A program made the position numbers and the translations under genes. A DNA stretch of 64,000 bases. Source: Octopus sinensis (taxonomy: Eukaryota). The notes beneath the pieces were generated by a model. It was not told the DNA's origin, did not search any database, and saw only the letters and a program-made list of their open reading frames with translations. Where the stretch lies: contig NC_042998.1 of assembly GCF_006345805.1 (NCBI RefSeq), forward strand, positions 188,790,001 to 188,854,000. Direction: 5' to 3'. This document shows, one piece after another, positions 52,516 to 64,000 of the stretch. Positions within the stretch are counted from its first letter, which is position 1. Each line of letters opens with the position of its first letter.

Positions 52516-52731
52516 CGAGGGTGTGCTGAAATGTTCCTAGCTTTGGGTAAAAGAAAATACAGGAGCATCAGTTAATTATAATTTTATTCAAAATATTCTC
52601 CTCTCAGATTCACACTCTTATTGCAACGATCGTCCAGTTTTTCTAAACCTCGTAAAAGACTGGGAAAATTGGGCCTCCAACCAAGCCTTTCACGAAACTC
52701 TTAAAGCCAGGAACTTTTCAGAACCATCTCG
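52516..52731. mobile_element. mariner-type MITE, 216 bp
   Basis: Imperfect ~29-bp TIRs cgagggtgtgctgaaatgttcctagcttt and aaagccaggaacttttcagaaccatctcg; TA duplication at 52514-15 and 52732-33. Confidence 0.82.
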
Positions 52732-52880
52732 TATATTGGTTCTTCATGTCATAAATAGATTCAAGTACGCTAGATCCCGGCTAAAAGAGAAATCTCATTC
52801 AAGTGAAGTAGTCTTCTGGTTATATCATGTTCTAAAACATAGTGTTTCTCTTTTCAATATTCATTTTTATCTAAGAGTGT

Positions 52881-53001
52881 TGAGTCCCACTGGGTTCAGT
52901 CCCACTGGGTGGCACCTTGGGCAAGTGTCTTCTACTATAGCCTCGGGCCGACCAAAGTCTTGTGAGTGGATTTGGTAGACGGAAACTGAAAGAAGCCCGT
53001 C

Positions 53002-53042
<41 letters not shown>

Positions 53043-53228
53043 TATGCGTGTGTGTATTTGTGTGTCTGTGTTTGTCCTCGTTACTTAGCGGTTCGGCAAA
53101 AGAGACCTATAGAATACGTACTGGGCTTACAAAAGAATAAGTCCCGGGGTCTTGTTGCTCGATTAAAGGCGATGCCCAGCATGGCCGCAGTCAAATGACT
53201 GAAACAAGTAAAAGAGTAAAGAGTAAAG
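52881..53228 (+). mobile_element. SINE family B, 5'-truncated with an internal deletion
   Basis: Starts at a duplicated B-box segment (agtcccactgggt x2); has the internal TA tract and the tail. Confidence 0.9.
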
Positions 53229-54495
53229 AGAGTGTTAGTAAGCAGTGTAAATATGGCCTGAGGTTTGTTGAATTTTAGTTTCATGAGGAAAAAGTATTTC
53301 TGAGGAAGATTATATGGCTAATGTACTGTTTCAAAATATTTATTGTAGTACGTTATTAGCTCGTGAATAAAGTCCACGAACCTATTTCTGTTCCCTGTAA
53401 ATTTCAATTTACAAATGTTCCTCAGAGAAGAGAAGCACAACAATCTCCCATTCCTATTATTTCTTTTTCTTCATAATTGTAAAAATGTTATTCCAAGTCA
53501 AAAGAAGCCACTATTTCCATTAAAGGAAATAACTCTGCATAATCATTACGGTGATAGTTTCTTTAAGCTGGAGGACATGTCTTTCGCCGAATCATTAGGC
53601 TACTGAATACCCTGATGAGTTGATAATTCTAAGTGTGTCTCAATGATTGAGTTATATCTGTAATCAAGACAATTAGCCCTTGCGGCCGAATCTACTTAAT
53701 TCCTGTAATAAACAATAGTATCAGAGGTAACTAGTGATGTTCTGCGTCAGCATTCAGTGTACGTTGTTCAATAGTGGAATGAATACGTTTTTTATCTTTC
53801 TCACAGCAAACTAATTAATTGTGTTTGAACAACCAAATGACCTAATATGGTCGCCGTCTACGTCGTCGTCGCTGCTGCCGCCGCCGCCGTCGTCGACGTC
53901 GTTGTTATCGTTGTTGTCTTCGCCATCATTATCGTGGTTATCATTGTCGTTGTTGTTTAGCTCCTGGTCAGCTTTGATGGAGATGTGTGATCAAATGTAT
54001 TGTGACCTAACTACCATTTTGCATCAGGGACTAATCTTTCTAAATGGCTTTCCCATTTAATAATAGTTGAGGGTGAATCGAGGGAAATTCGGTTTATATT
54101 TCTAGCAGGTTGAGAGATCAAGTAAAGATGTTTTCATTGATTTTAAGTTATTGCTTTTGCTTCATCTGCTCTAAACAATTAAATCTCTGATCAAAAACAT
54201 TTCTTCTTGCTTTCAAAAATATTGTATCCCGAACCACATGATCAGATGTGTTATTCTACTTTTCAAAACGTCAGAGGTCGATTTGGGTACTATTTCTTGA
54301 GGATAAAACTATCACATATGGGTTGCATCATTACCTATAAATGGATACATTTGGCAGTATAAGTCACCCTGCTAAACTCTTGAAGCATTTTGGAATTGAC
54401 GAATAGTTCGTATAGAGACTACTTGCATGGCGAAAATTTTATCCTTCTGCTACGATTGCATGTAATTTGCAAATATATATATACATATTTTTTTT

Positions 54496-54707
54496 TTGTT
54501 CTTGTTTCAGTCATTTGACTGCGGCCATGCTGGAGCACCGCCTTTTAGAGTGGTGAAAGAGTACAGCAGGGATCACCACCATCCCCTGCCGGAGCCTCGT
54601 GGAGCTTTTAGGTGTTTTCGCTCAATAAACACACACAACGCCCGGTCTGGGAATCGAAACCGCGATCCTCCGACCGCAAGTCCGCTGCCCTAACCACTGG
54701 GCCATTG
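54496..54707 (-). mobile_element. Chimeric SINE: family C tRNA-like head joined to the family B tail
   Basis: Minus strand: caatggcccagtggttagggcagcggacttgcggtc...ggtttcgattccc (A/B boxes)...gtactctttcaccactct joined to aaaaggcggtgctccagcatggccgcagtcaaatgactgaaacaag. Confidence 0.85.
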
Positions 54708-55501
54708 GTTCTTTATAAAATTCTTTTCGCGGTTTCTTTAAATTGTATGACTCTTAATATATACTAAATGAAACTACTGTAAAGCAATTAATTTCATTTC
54801 AGTTATGTTACTTAGTACAATGGAAGAAAATGCAGAAAGTCATTGCTGTCCGCCTATAAATTTTAATACTTGTGCTTTTGTAACAAGTCAATATAAATCA
54901 ACCAGCTAATCTAAATCACAAGTTCAGGTAATAATTTCACGAGGGATGTGTTCGTCTTTAGAGTAAGCCTTTGAAGTAGAGGAAATAACCGGAAATATTA
55001 ATTTCTTCCACCGACAACGAGTTGAAAGTGGGCGGAGTGTTAAATATTGAGTCTTGACTATTTCAAGAAACAGCGGGAATGAAATAGATTCAATCGGGAA
55101 GGAAAAAAAATCAATTTTCGTTAAGAGAATTCTTCCCCCATTGATCTCTACGTACATATTGATTGGCTAAGATGAAAACTAATAATTTATGAAATTTGTT
55201 TTCATTTTTAAAAAGTCAATTACATAGAGTTTTAATAGAATTAACGAGAAATCAACGTCATTCAATGTAAAATCTTGATAGCTGAGTACATAACGTATTA
55301 TAACTACCTAATCATGGGTCATAAATTTAAAAGCGCTGGCGATGGTTCATTGAATCTAAACTGGACATTTTCCGCTATGCAGCATCAATTCATCTGACTA
55401 TCAACAATTTGTATCCTATCATCTGACAATGTTGCCTTGGATCAAGTCAATGAACATACACAAAACACAGACATGCATATGTGTGTGTGTAAATATACAC
55501 A

Positions 55502-55533
<32 letters not shown>

Positions 55534-55561
55534 ACTATATATATATATATATATATGCATG

Positions 55562-55646
<85 letters not shown>

Positions 55647-55984
55647 CATCTGTCCTATCTCCCTATCTATCTTTATTGACAGATAACTAGAGAAAGAGGG
55701 AAACAGAGAGACAGAGATAGAGAGATTTATATACATACATGTGCGTGAGTATGTGTGTGTGTGTGTGTGAGTGTGTGAGTGTGTGCGCGTGCGTGCATGT
55801 GTGCGTGCGTGCGCACGTGTGTGTATTATCAAAGCAGTGTGCAGATTCTAGCATTCGTTATGGTATTTTCAGTTTTCGAAATTACAAGAAAGCAATGTCT
55901 TATGAGAAACATAATCACACGAAAAAAGTTTAAATTATTTCCATTTATTCAAAAACTAATGAATACTAATCAATAGTATGTCCG

Positions 55985-57020
55985 TTGAGAAGATACTAGG
56001 GTCGGACGGCATTCCACAAAAGGTCATCAGGTGTGCAAAGGAGTTCTACTCAGCCACTTGTTGAAACTACTCTATCAGAGCTGGGAGAAGGGAACAGTCC
56101 CGCAAGACATTAGGGACTGCAACGTTTCCTCCCTTAATAAGAACGAGATGGACAAAAGAGACTACAATAGCTACCAATGCATCTCACTGCTAAGCATCGT
56201 CGGGAAGGTCTTTGCCCGCTTGGTCCTGAAAAGACTACAGAAAATCTTTGAGAGAATATACTCTGGATTTCAGTGTGATTTCAAGTCAGAATGCTCCACC
56301 ATCGGTATGATCTTTCTTCGACAGCTACAGAAGTGCTAGCAGCAAAGGCAACCACTCTGTATCACCTTTATTGACCTAACGCTGGCTTTCGACCTAGTTA
56401 GTAGAACGGCTTGTTCAAAACGCCAGCCAAGATTGGCTGTCTTCCAAGATTTATCAGGGTAGTCTATTCCAGACAGGATCAGCATCTCAACGTCTCCTGC
56501 CTTTGTAGCCTGAGATGCATTTTGGATATCAAGTGGACCGACCTAGTCACCAATACTGTAGTTTTCAACCACGCCAATGCACTCATCATATTCACAGCTG
56601 CCTGCGCTGGCTCACTTGCGTATCGTATGCCGGACGAGACCCCAAGCGACTTCCTCTATGGGGAACTGGCCACCGACACAAGAGCATGAGGACGACCCTC
56701 ATCTTCGTCTCAAGGGCATCTGCAAGAGAGATATGAAGTCAACGGATCTGGACATCCTGAGATGGAAAGAGGTCGCTAATGATCACCCATACTGGGGACA
56801 AGAACCACACAGAGGGATGGAGCGAGAGAAAAAAACTGAAGCTCAAAGAAAGGAAAATGCAATAGCGCCAGTGGAGAACATCTTCGAATCCAGTCACTGC
56901 ACGCAAGATTGCCACTCCCGAGTGGGCCTGTACAACCACAGCAGATAATGCACCACCATCAGCAACTAACACAAATTCTCCAGGTACAGACCTGTGATCT
57001 TTCGAGACCGGCGGATGCTG
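55985..57020 (+). mobile_element. RTE-clade LINE, decayed, RT core deleted
   Basis: GSDGIP...WEKGTVPQDIRD...ISLLSIVGKVFAR...FIDLTLAFDLVSR...KIGCLPRFI jumps to LRCILDIKWTDLVTN...LYGELA...GRP.LR.K...CKRDMK and a C-terminal C..DCHSRVGLYNHSR zinc finger. RTE-like 3' end tctttcgagaccggcggatgc. Confidence 0.92.
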
Positions 57021-58477
57021 TAGAGATACTTATATGTACATTATATATACACAGGCATAAATGCACATACATATACCTATACACATACACATATGGATAT
57101 ACACACACACATACACGCACAAATATAAGAAACAGTGTTTCTAATATAAAAACAGGGTCGGAAATATGGATGGACAGGGTTAGCTGAGTAAATCGTCCTC
57201 TGTAATTTACCCATATTTTACTTTATCGGCCCCAAAGAGATGAAAAGCAAAACTAACCTCGGCAGGATTTGAACACATTATGCAATTTTCTTTCGATGAT
57301 CTAAAAATTTCTGTCTGTCCGCTGCTGTATATGATTAAAGTTTATTGTGATGCGACTGAGCCTAGTTAAAAGTTACAATTCTAAACTGCTGACATTTTCC
57401 CTATACTTACATCCCTAATATATTTACGAAGACTTGAACGCCATAACGCGTTTGACTTGTGTGTAATGTAACTAAATCTAGAAGATGGTTTAAACCTATG
57501 ATTGTCTTCCTTAGATCAAATTGCAGACCGACAGATAATGCAAACGCAATGCTCAATAAACTGGCAAACCAACTGTAAAAGTAGCAATTCTAATCATCTT
57601 TTAATATATGATAACTGACTGCAACACTGAAGAAAGAAGGAATATGTGGGGTGGAAGTGGCAAAGGACAAAATCTGATAGTTTATTTTAGAAGAGCAGAA
57701 CAGCAAATACGATTACTCATTCAAACAACGATTTAAAATGACTGATTATTATGAAATTATTTCTATTTCAGAATACGTACGATTATCTTTAATGTAACAA
57801 TGATATTTGTTTCTGAAATGCATGCAGAATTCATATCAGGAAAAAAAAATGGCTTTAGTTCAAGAAAAATAGCTTAAGAATAACAAAAAAATGTGTAATT
57901 TAATATCAAAACTACTTGACAGTTGCCAGTTTTATCTTATTTCCTTCGTCGCTAAAATTTACATTGATTTTAGCTTTTAGCCACAATAGGGGCGACAGTT
58001 ATTTTTACACTTCCATCATGGTTCAACACTAATCATGATAGACAAATATTATTATCAAATTTTTAAACTATCAGAAAATATGAATTTAAAAAGCTACAGC
58101 TAAACATCAGTCTGTATATGCAGATGTATGCATATGTGAATTTGTATGTATATACGGTATAAAATTATCAAATAAACAAAGCTGATGCACAAAAACATTA
58201 TATAAAAATGTAATTGCATTGGTTGCTCTAAATATATAATGAAGAATGAAACAATTTGTGCAGAAAATATACCCAAGTAAATATGCCACCTAAGGCGCTT
58301 ATGCTACTAAAAATGTATGTATGATTTGCATGTAAAGTATAAATTTTGATACAGTCCAAAATCAATACAAACATATTTAGATATAAAATCAATATGCATA
58401 CTTGTATGTGTGTGTAAATCACACACAAACACATACACACACATACATACATATCTATATAATATTTTGCCTAGATG

Positions 58478-58567
<90 letters not shown>

Positions 58568-58616
58568 ATTTTGTATGTATATATATATATATAATATATA
58601 TATATATTTATGTATG

Positions 58617-58649
<33 letters not shown>

Positions 58650-58769
58650 GGGAGAGTTATACATATGTATATGTGCACACACATGCGCACACGCGCACCA
58701 CTATGTGTGTCTGTACGTATGTATATATATGTATGAATGTATATGTATATATATATGTATATGTATATG

Positions 58770-58816
<47 letters not shown>
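58478..58816. repeat. (TA)n-rich tracts
   Basis: Read directly from the sequence. Confidence 0.9.
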
Positions 58817-58817
<1 letters not shown>

Positions 58818-60646
58818 GTTTTTAGTAGTTGGGGGTTATTTAAGCTTATTTAAGTATGTATCATGCTGTCGTTAATAATTTTAAGTGACCCATATAATAA
58901 GGAGCAGGTACCGGTAGCCTTTGGACCCTGCTATATTTGACCAACTGTAACACTTATGTACGATATGTATAATATTATATGATATTGTATGTTGCATATA
59001 AAGTGAGTGGGAACTAAACAAGAACTGTTTGAAAATCTGTTGGGCTATATTGTACTTGCTTCACGCTTATTTCACCTGAGAAGCGCGTTGAGTACAAAAA
59101 TTATCAATATTAAGAAATTACCAATATTAAGAAATAGATCTATTATCAATATTAAGAAATAGATCTATTACAACTGTTTATATTGCCCAAACCTTGCTGA
59201 ACAACAAAATGAGATATGGATAGTGAGCCCGTCTTAGAGTAAACGTACTTTCGATTCACACGAGTTTCGGGAAAAGTGTAACAATAATATTACTTGTAAC
59301 AAACATAAGGTAATGGACTATTCCCACTGGTCAATCATCAGAGAGTTCTAAAATGGGTATAACAGCATCCATTTGCTTTGTTTATCTGCTAAAAAGAAGC
59401 AACCATTAATATTTTGTCACGGACATAACGAACTACAGAGACGTCTTATTATGACAGGCGACAAATGGCAACTGCTTCTGTGCTATGCAGAATTGATTTA
59501 GAGCTTTGGTAATTAAACCTTCTCCTGTTCAGCTTTATGGCATTTATTTATCGATGAAAAAAGAAATGGGTAAACGATGTTTATGATTTTAAAATAAAGA
59601 TGCTCTGCGCAATACAAAAAGGTCTTACGCGTGATATACACTATTTAAAAGTATCCCACGGGTCACAAATCAAAATATTTCCATACAGATACGATTGTAT
59701 GTGATGGTTAGAAATTGAGCATTAAGAAATGGTGTCATTGCGCCATTGCATTCGTAGATATGTGAGTAATTAAGAACAGTTGTTTGAATAATGTACGTTT
59801 ATTGTGAATGTATTTATGAATTGCAAACGTTTTCACTTGAAAAATGACAAAATGTTTTGCTAACAATCAGTCGGCATTTATGTATTTAAAAATCTAAATA
59901 TTGCTAATTCAAAGGCTGATTCAATTTCATTTATTTCTATTTAATATCTATTAATGTTTCACGTTCCGAATCAACTGTTCTAGACACAGATGTTAACAGC
60001 CAGAAACATAATGGTCGTTATAATTACAATTATTTATCGTAATTAAGGTTATAATTAAACTAAAAACCATACTAAAAACTCATACGCGCATACACATTAT
60101 ATGCAGAAGTGCACACCTAGAACATACGTAATGTCACACACACACACGTATCTCTCTCTCTCTCTCTCTCTGACGCAAATATATGCGTATGCAGAGATCA
60201 GCTTTCCTTTATTGAAAACACAACTGCGTTACGAGTTTAATTTTACTCATTAATGAGGTTTATTTTTATGTAACTGCATTTACTTTTTTAATTTTAGTTT
60301 TAGACAATGACGTTCCTAAATAAATAACAATTCCTAAAATCTAGATCATTCTTACTGCTATTTTATGAATGAATTGAATGTTAGTGAGATTTTATACTGT
60401 TCCGTTTTTGTTGTATGTAACAACGACCTTGTAAATAATTTCGAACTAACAAAACCCACGTCGCTGGATTTCAATTTTTTAATCCGTTACCTCGAATTAC
60501 TTTTCACCTCTGTACTTATTTTTATTATGTATGCTACTTTTAATGAAACTTTCATAGCAACTCTTAGTTGTTTGTATAAAATATCTCTTTGTCTCTCTCA
60601 CTCTCTCTCTCTCTCTCTCTCGCTCTCTCTTTCTCTCCTCTCTCTC

Positions 60647-60683
<37 letters not shown>

Positions 60684-60687
<4 letters not shown>

Positions 60688-60870
60688 CGAATTCACGAAA
60701 AAAACAAAAGACGAAGACAGGTGGTGTAGAAAACAAACAGATGTATTAATATAACGCTCGGGAATTGAAAAAGTCTTTTACATTTCGAGCCTACGCTCTT
60801 CTACAGAAAGGGACACAGCAAAAAAAACAAAAAAAAAAAACAAGGAGAGAAACAAGGAGAGAAAAAAATG
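60684..60870 (-). mobile_element. Repeat family E, copy 2; hammerhead-like motif at 60775-60810
   Basis: Reverse complement of ~12885-13069; its 3' end abuts (TA)n. Confidence 0.8.
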
Positions 60871-61922
60871 TGTGAAGTGGCTATGTACGAGTGTGTATTC
60901 TTATATGAATTCCCACATACGCCTATAGATACACACACATGCACACATCTATACATACATAAACAGAGAGAGAAATAAAGAGAGAAGGTGAAAGAGTTTA
61001 AAGAGAACAGTATGTTTATTTGCGCAGCAAATTAAGTTGAAAGTCTATTCCTTATCAGAAAATATTATGTCTACAGTAATATATTTTTGTCTGATTTGCA
61101 TATATTTGACGCATTGTAAATAGGGTCTACTCCATAACGTTTAGGAAACTTCATGAATTAAATGTCTATGCAAAGTATTTATTCTGGCGGAGGAAAGTCC
61201 AAGCTGAATTGTGTTGGATTTACATTAAGAATGCAGCAATCTGAAGCTTTCAGACGATATTGCAATTTCGTGACCGAATCAACAAAATCAATGGAAGGAC
61301 ACGTCTAAAGGATTAATTGCTACTTCACGCTTCATTGAAGCGTATAATTTCTAATTAACACCGACGGGCACGATAAAATTGTGAAACTAGATTTGACAAG
61401 TACTCGCTCTGACTTTAGAACTGTCAATTGTTCACAATTCCATCTATAAGAGATACAACTCCTGACATATAGTATGACATGCTAAACAGCTTAACATACA
61501 AGCATTGATCACTCGGCGACAATATAGATAAGACTAAACTTGTGTTGTGGTTGCAACCAATAGATTTCGGTTTCAAAGCACAGCATGACTATCAATTTAT
61601 AATTGGTCATATGAAATGTAGAATTGGATTAACTACGACGAAATTGTATGCCAGTCTCACTTTTCTACCTTGTATAATGTGTACAATGCTTGTGATAGCA
61701 TTCTCTCTTCACAAAGGTAGATATTTAGATGCATATGAGTATTTATTTGCATATATATTGTATGTGTCTGTGTGAAGGTTTATATACTGTGTGTATGTGT
61801 GTGTGAGAGAGTGTGTGTATTCGTTAGTGAGTGAGTGAATGAGTGCATGTGCTAAGTGGATATAAGAACGCAAATAAAACGATATAGAATATGAAGTAAA
61901 GGAGAGGATCACAAATGATATA

Positions 61923-62652
61923 GAGTAATCCCTCGACTATCGCGGGTGTTACGTTCCAAAACAACCCGCGATGGGTGAAAATCTGCGAAGTAGAAACTGT
62001 ACTGTTCTGTATATAGTCTTTTATTATTTTCATAATTTGTATATATTTATTTTATTATAAATGCAAGACAACACCACACACTCGCCTCCTGACTTTCGTT
62101 TTCCATACAATATGTGCAATTCTTTGTTTACTCATCTACGGTACAAGGCGGCGAGCTGACAGAACCGTTAGTACGCCGGACGAAATGCGTAGCTGCATTT
62201 CGTTTGCCGTTACGTTCTGAGTTCAAATTTCGCCGAGGTCGACTTAGCCTTTCATCCTTTCGGGGTCGATAAATTAAGTACCAGTTACGCACTGGGGTCG
62301 ATATAATCGACTTAATACCTATGTCTGTCCTTGTTTGTCCCCTCTATGTTTAGCCCCTTGTGGGTAATAAAGAAATAGGTACACTACGTATTTTCTTTTA
62401 ATATATTTAAATTAATGTGTTATACAGTACAGTACTGTACTGTATTTTTATTTATTAATTTTTTTAATTTTTAGGCGTGAAAGTGCTTACTTTACCACAA
62501 AAATAATTAAAATCTAAAGAAATATAAATAGCTATCAGCCGGAGAAACCCACGATACACTGAGGAATCCGCGAGATAAATTTACATATATTAGTCTGAAA
62601 AATCCGCGATGTACTGAGGATAGGTGAACCTCGGTATGGCGAGTGATTACTG
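61923..62652 (+). mobile_element. pogo/Tigger-type non-autonomous DNA transposon containing a SINE A insertion
   Basis: TA-gagtaatccctcgactatcgcgggtgttacg ... cctcggtatggcgagtgattactg-TA. Confidence 0.8.
62147..62377 (+). mobile_element. SINE family A, full length, nested in the MITE
   Basis: Matches the consensus; 6-bp candidate TSD ggtaca at 62140-45 and 62378-83. Confidence 0.93.
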
Positions 62653-63309
62653 TACGAAGTTAGACAAATGAAATACTTGATGGAAAAAGGCGTGAAAATA
62701 TGAAACGAAATAACAATCAAAGAATTAGTGTAGTGAAAAGAATTATAGAGAATTTACCGTTTCAAGTCGTACCCTTTATCAAAGGAAAGGAAAAGAAATA
62801 AGAGAGGTTAAGAAAGGAAACAGAAAGGATGCCAAATTTATGACGCCTGTTTACATCACAAGCATAAAATTATTTATAAAAAGGCAATTGGAGTGCTGCG
62901 TAATAGGACGGAAAGAGCAAGCATGATCTTGTTATGCCGAGAGTAAGTGGGAGAAGAGAAGGAGAGGGAGCGTGATAGAACGAATGAGATTAAGTGGAGA
63001 GAGCAGGAGGAAAATGAGCAAGAAAGAGAGGAAAAAAGAAGTAGAAATAAGGTAGTGAATAAGGAAGGGGGAGAACGAGCGAGGGAGAAAATTGAGAGAG
63101 AATAGGAGAGGTCAAAATATCGGTTTGTATACGGTGTAGTTAAATGTTGAATGCGTCATCAATGTAGGTGTTTAAAGACATCTAATACTGACAAGAAATA
63201 TAAAGGTCGTACATTTATGTAACAGGCATTCATACAATCTCAGTCTTCCAGCTCGAATGTGAATACATATACATATATATATAAATACACACATACATCT
63301 ACGAAGTGT

Positions 63310-63745
63310 GTTAGATAGACCGTTGAAGAGATGAGATATTAAAGTGGAAGGTGAGAGGGAACGGTTGTGTGGTGGGGGTGCAATGCACAGAGGTGGACAT
63401 TTTTATTTGCCACGGCGTACAAACTGAAGGACCATCAATTGAGATTGGGTCTCATATTTGTGATCATGACTACAGAAGAGGCGAAGGCAGAAGAATAGAG
63501 AGTATGGGATGGGAAGTCTTGAGTGACTGAATGGAAGAGGCGAAATTGAGTTAAGACAGGGAGTTTGGTTTATAGAAGAAATCAGAGAAGGAGATGGTTA
63601 AGAAGTCAATAGTGACTGAGAAGTTAAGGAAACTGACAGAGGAGAGCGACAGATGATGGAGGTGAACTCAATGAAAGGGTAGAAATGTGTCGATGTACAG
63701 TACAGGTTTATGATCAGACCAGTAAATGTACCTAACAAAAAACAT
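63310..63745 (-). mobile_element. Penelope-like element RT thumb/linker fragment, decayed
   Basis: Manual translation gives FYPFIEFTS..., FYKPN and SHSRLPIPYSLFFCLRLFCSHDHKYETQSQLMVLQFVRRG, matching the PLE pattern YxKPT...IPYSQFLRLRRxCS...FxxRGY. Confidence 0.78.
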
Positions 63746-63779
63746 GTTAGCACAGCTAGGGACCGTTTTGATACAGCTG

Positions 63780-63945
63780 AGATGGCTTTGATAATAAGAA
63801 TATCTCGGAAAGAGCTGAAGGAGCTCTTTCAAGCTCATTTTCGGTCAATTCTGTTGTGCCCCAGGGTTCTGTTTTGTTCCCATCCAACAACGTCACATTC
63901 TTATGCACACGGTACGATCTTTCATTCGAACTATGCATCAACCAT
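63780..63945 (+). mobile_element. LINE reverse transcriptase fragment (CR1/Jockey-like), decayed
   Basis: Plus strand reads ISERAEGALSSSFSVNSVVPQGSVLFP, then (deletion/frameshift) HSYAHGTIFHS, a degenerate YADD region. Confidence 0.7.
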
Positions 63946-64000
63946 AACAAAGTCTGGACACCTCACGCCAAACTTACACAGATTCCGTAAAAAAAAAAGA

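Noticed and set aside
54630-54707. tRNA gene
   Set aside because: It has A/B boxes but continues into SINE body and tail with no clean acceptor stem or poly-T terminator; it is a SINE head.
59097-59171. CRISPR-like short direct repeats (caatattaagaaat x3)
   Set aside because: Simple slippage duplication with no unique spacers, in eukaryotic context and without cas genes.

Overview
AT-rich, microsatellite-dense eukaryotic non-coding DNA. The SINE families and repeat landscape match my recollection of Octopus (coleoid cephalopod) genomes; this is an inference, not a database result. I recognise no intact host protein-coding gene, and most ORFs in the supplied track are microsatellite read-throughs. 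Transposable element content: three tRNA-headed SINE families (called A, B, C here), some dimeric, chimeric or nested; fragments of CR1-like, RTE, R4/Dong-like and Penelope-like (PLE) retroelements; two decayed mariner transposases; and Tc1/mariner/pogo-type MITEs. Best finding: a complete, near-canonical type I hammerhead ribozyme (36315-36405, + strand) inside a ~330 bp element that appears to have inserted into the (TA)n tract of a SINE and split it. Several other small TA-associated repeats carry minimal hammerhead-like motifs with non-canonical cores and covarying stems, or PLE-like inverted termini. Together they suggest a set of non-autonomous, ribozyme-bearing (PLE/retrozyme-like) elements. 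Two isolated long hairpins (17416-17481, 30585-30703) are also worth testing. All structures were paired by eye and none was computed.
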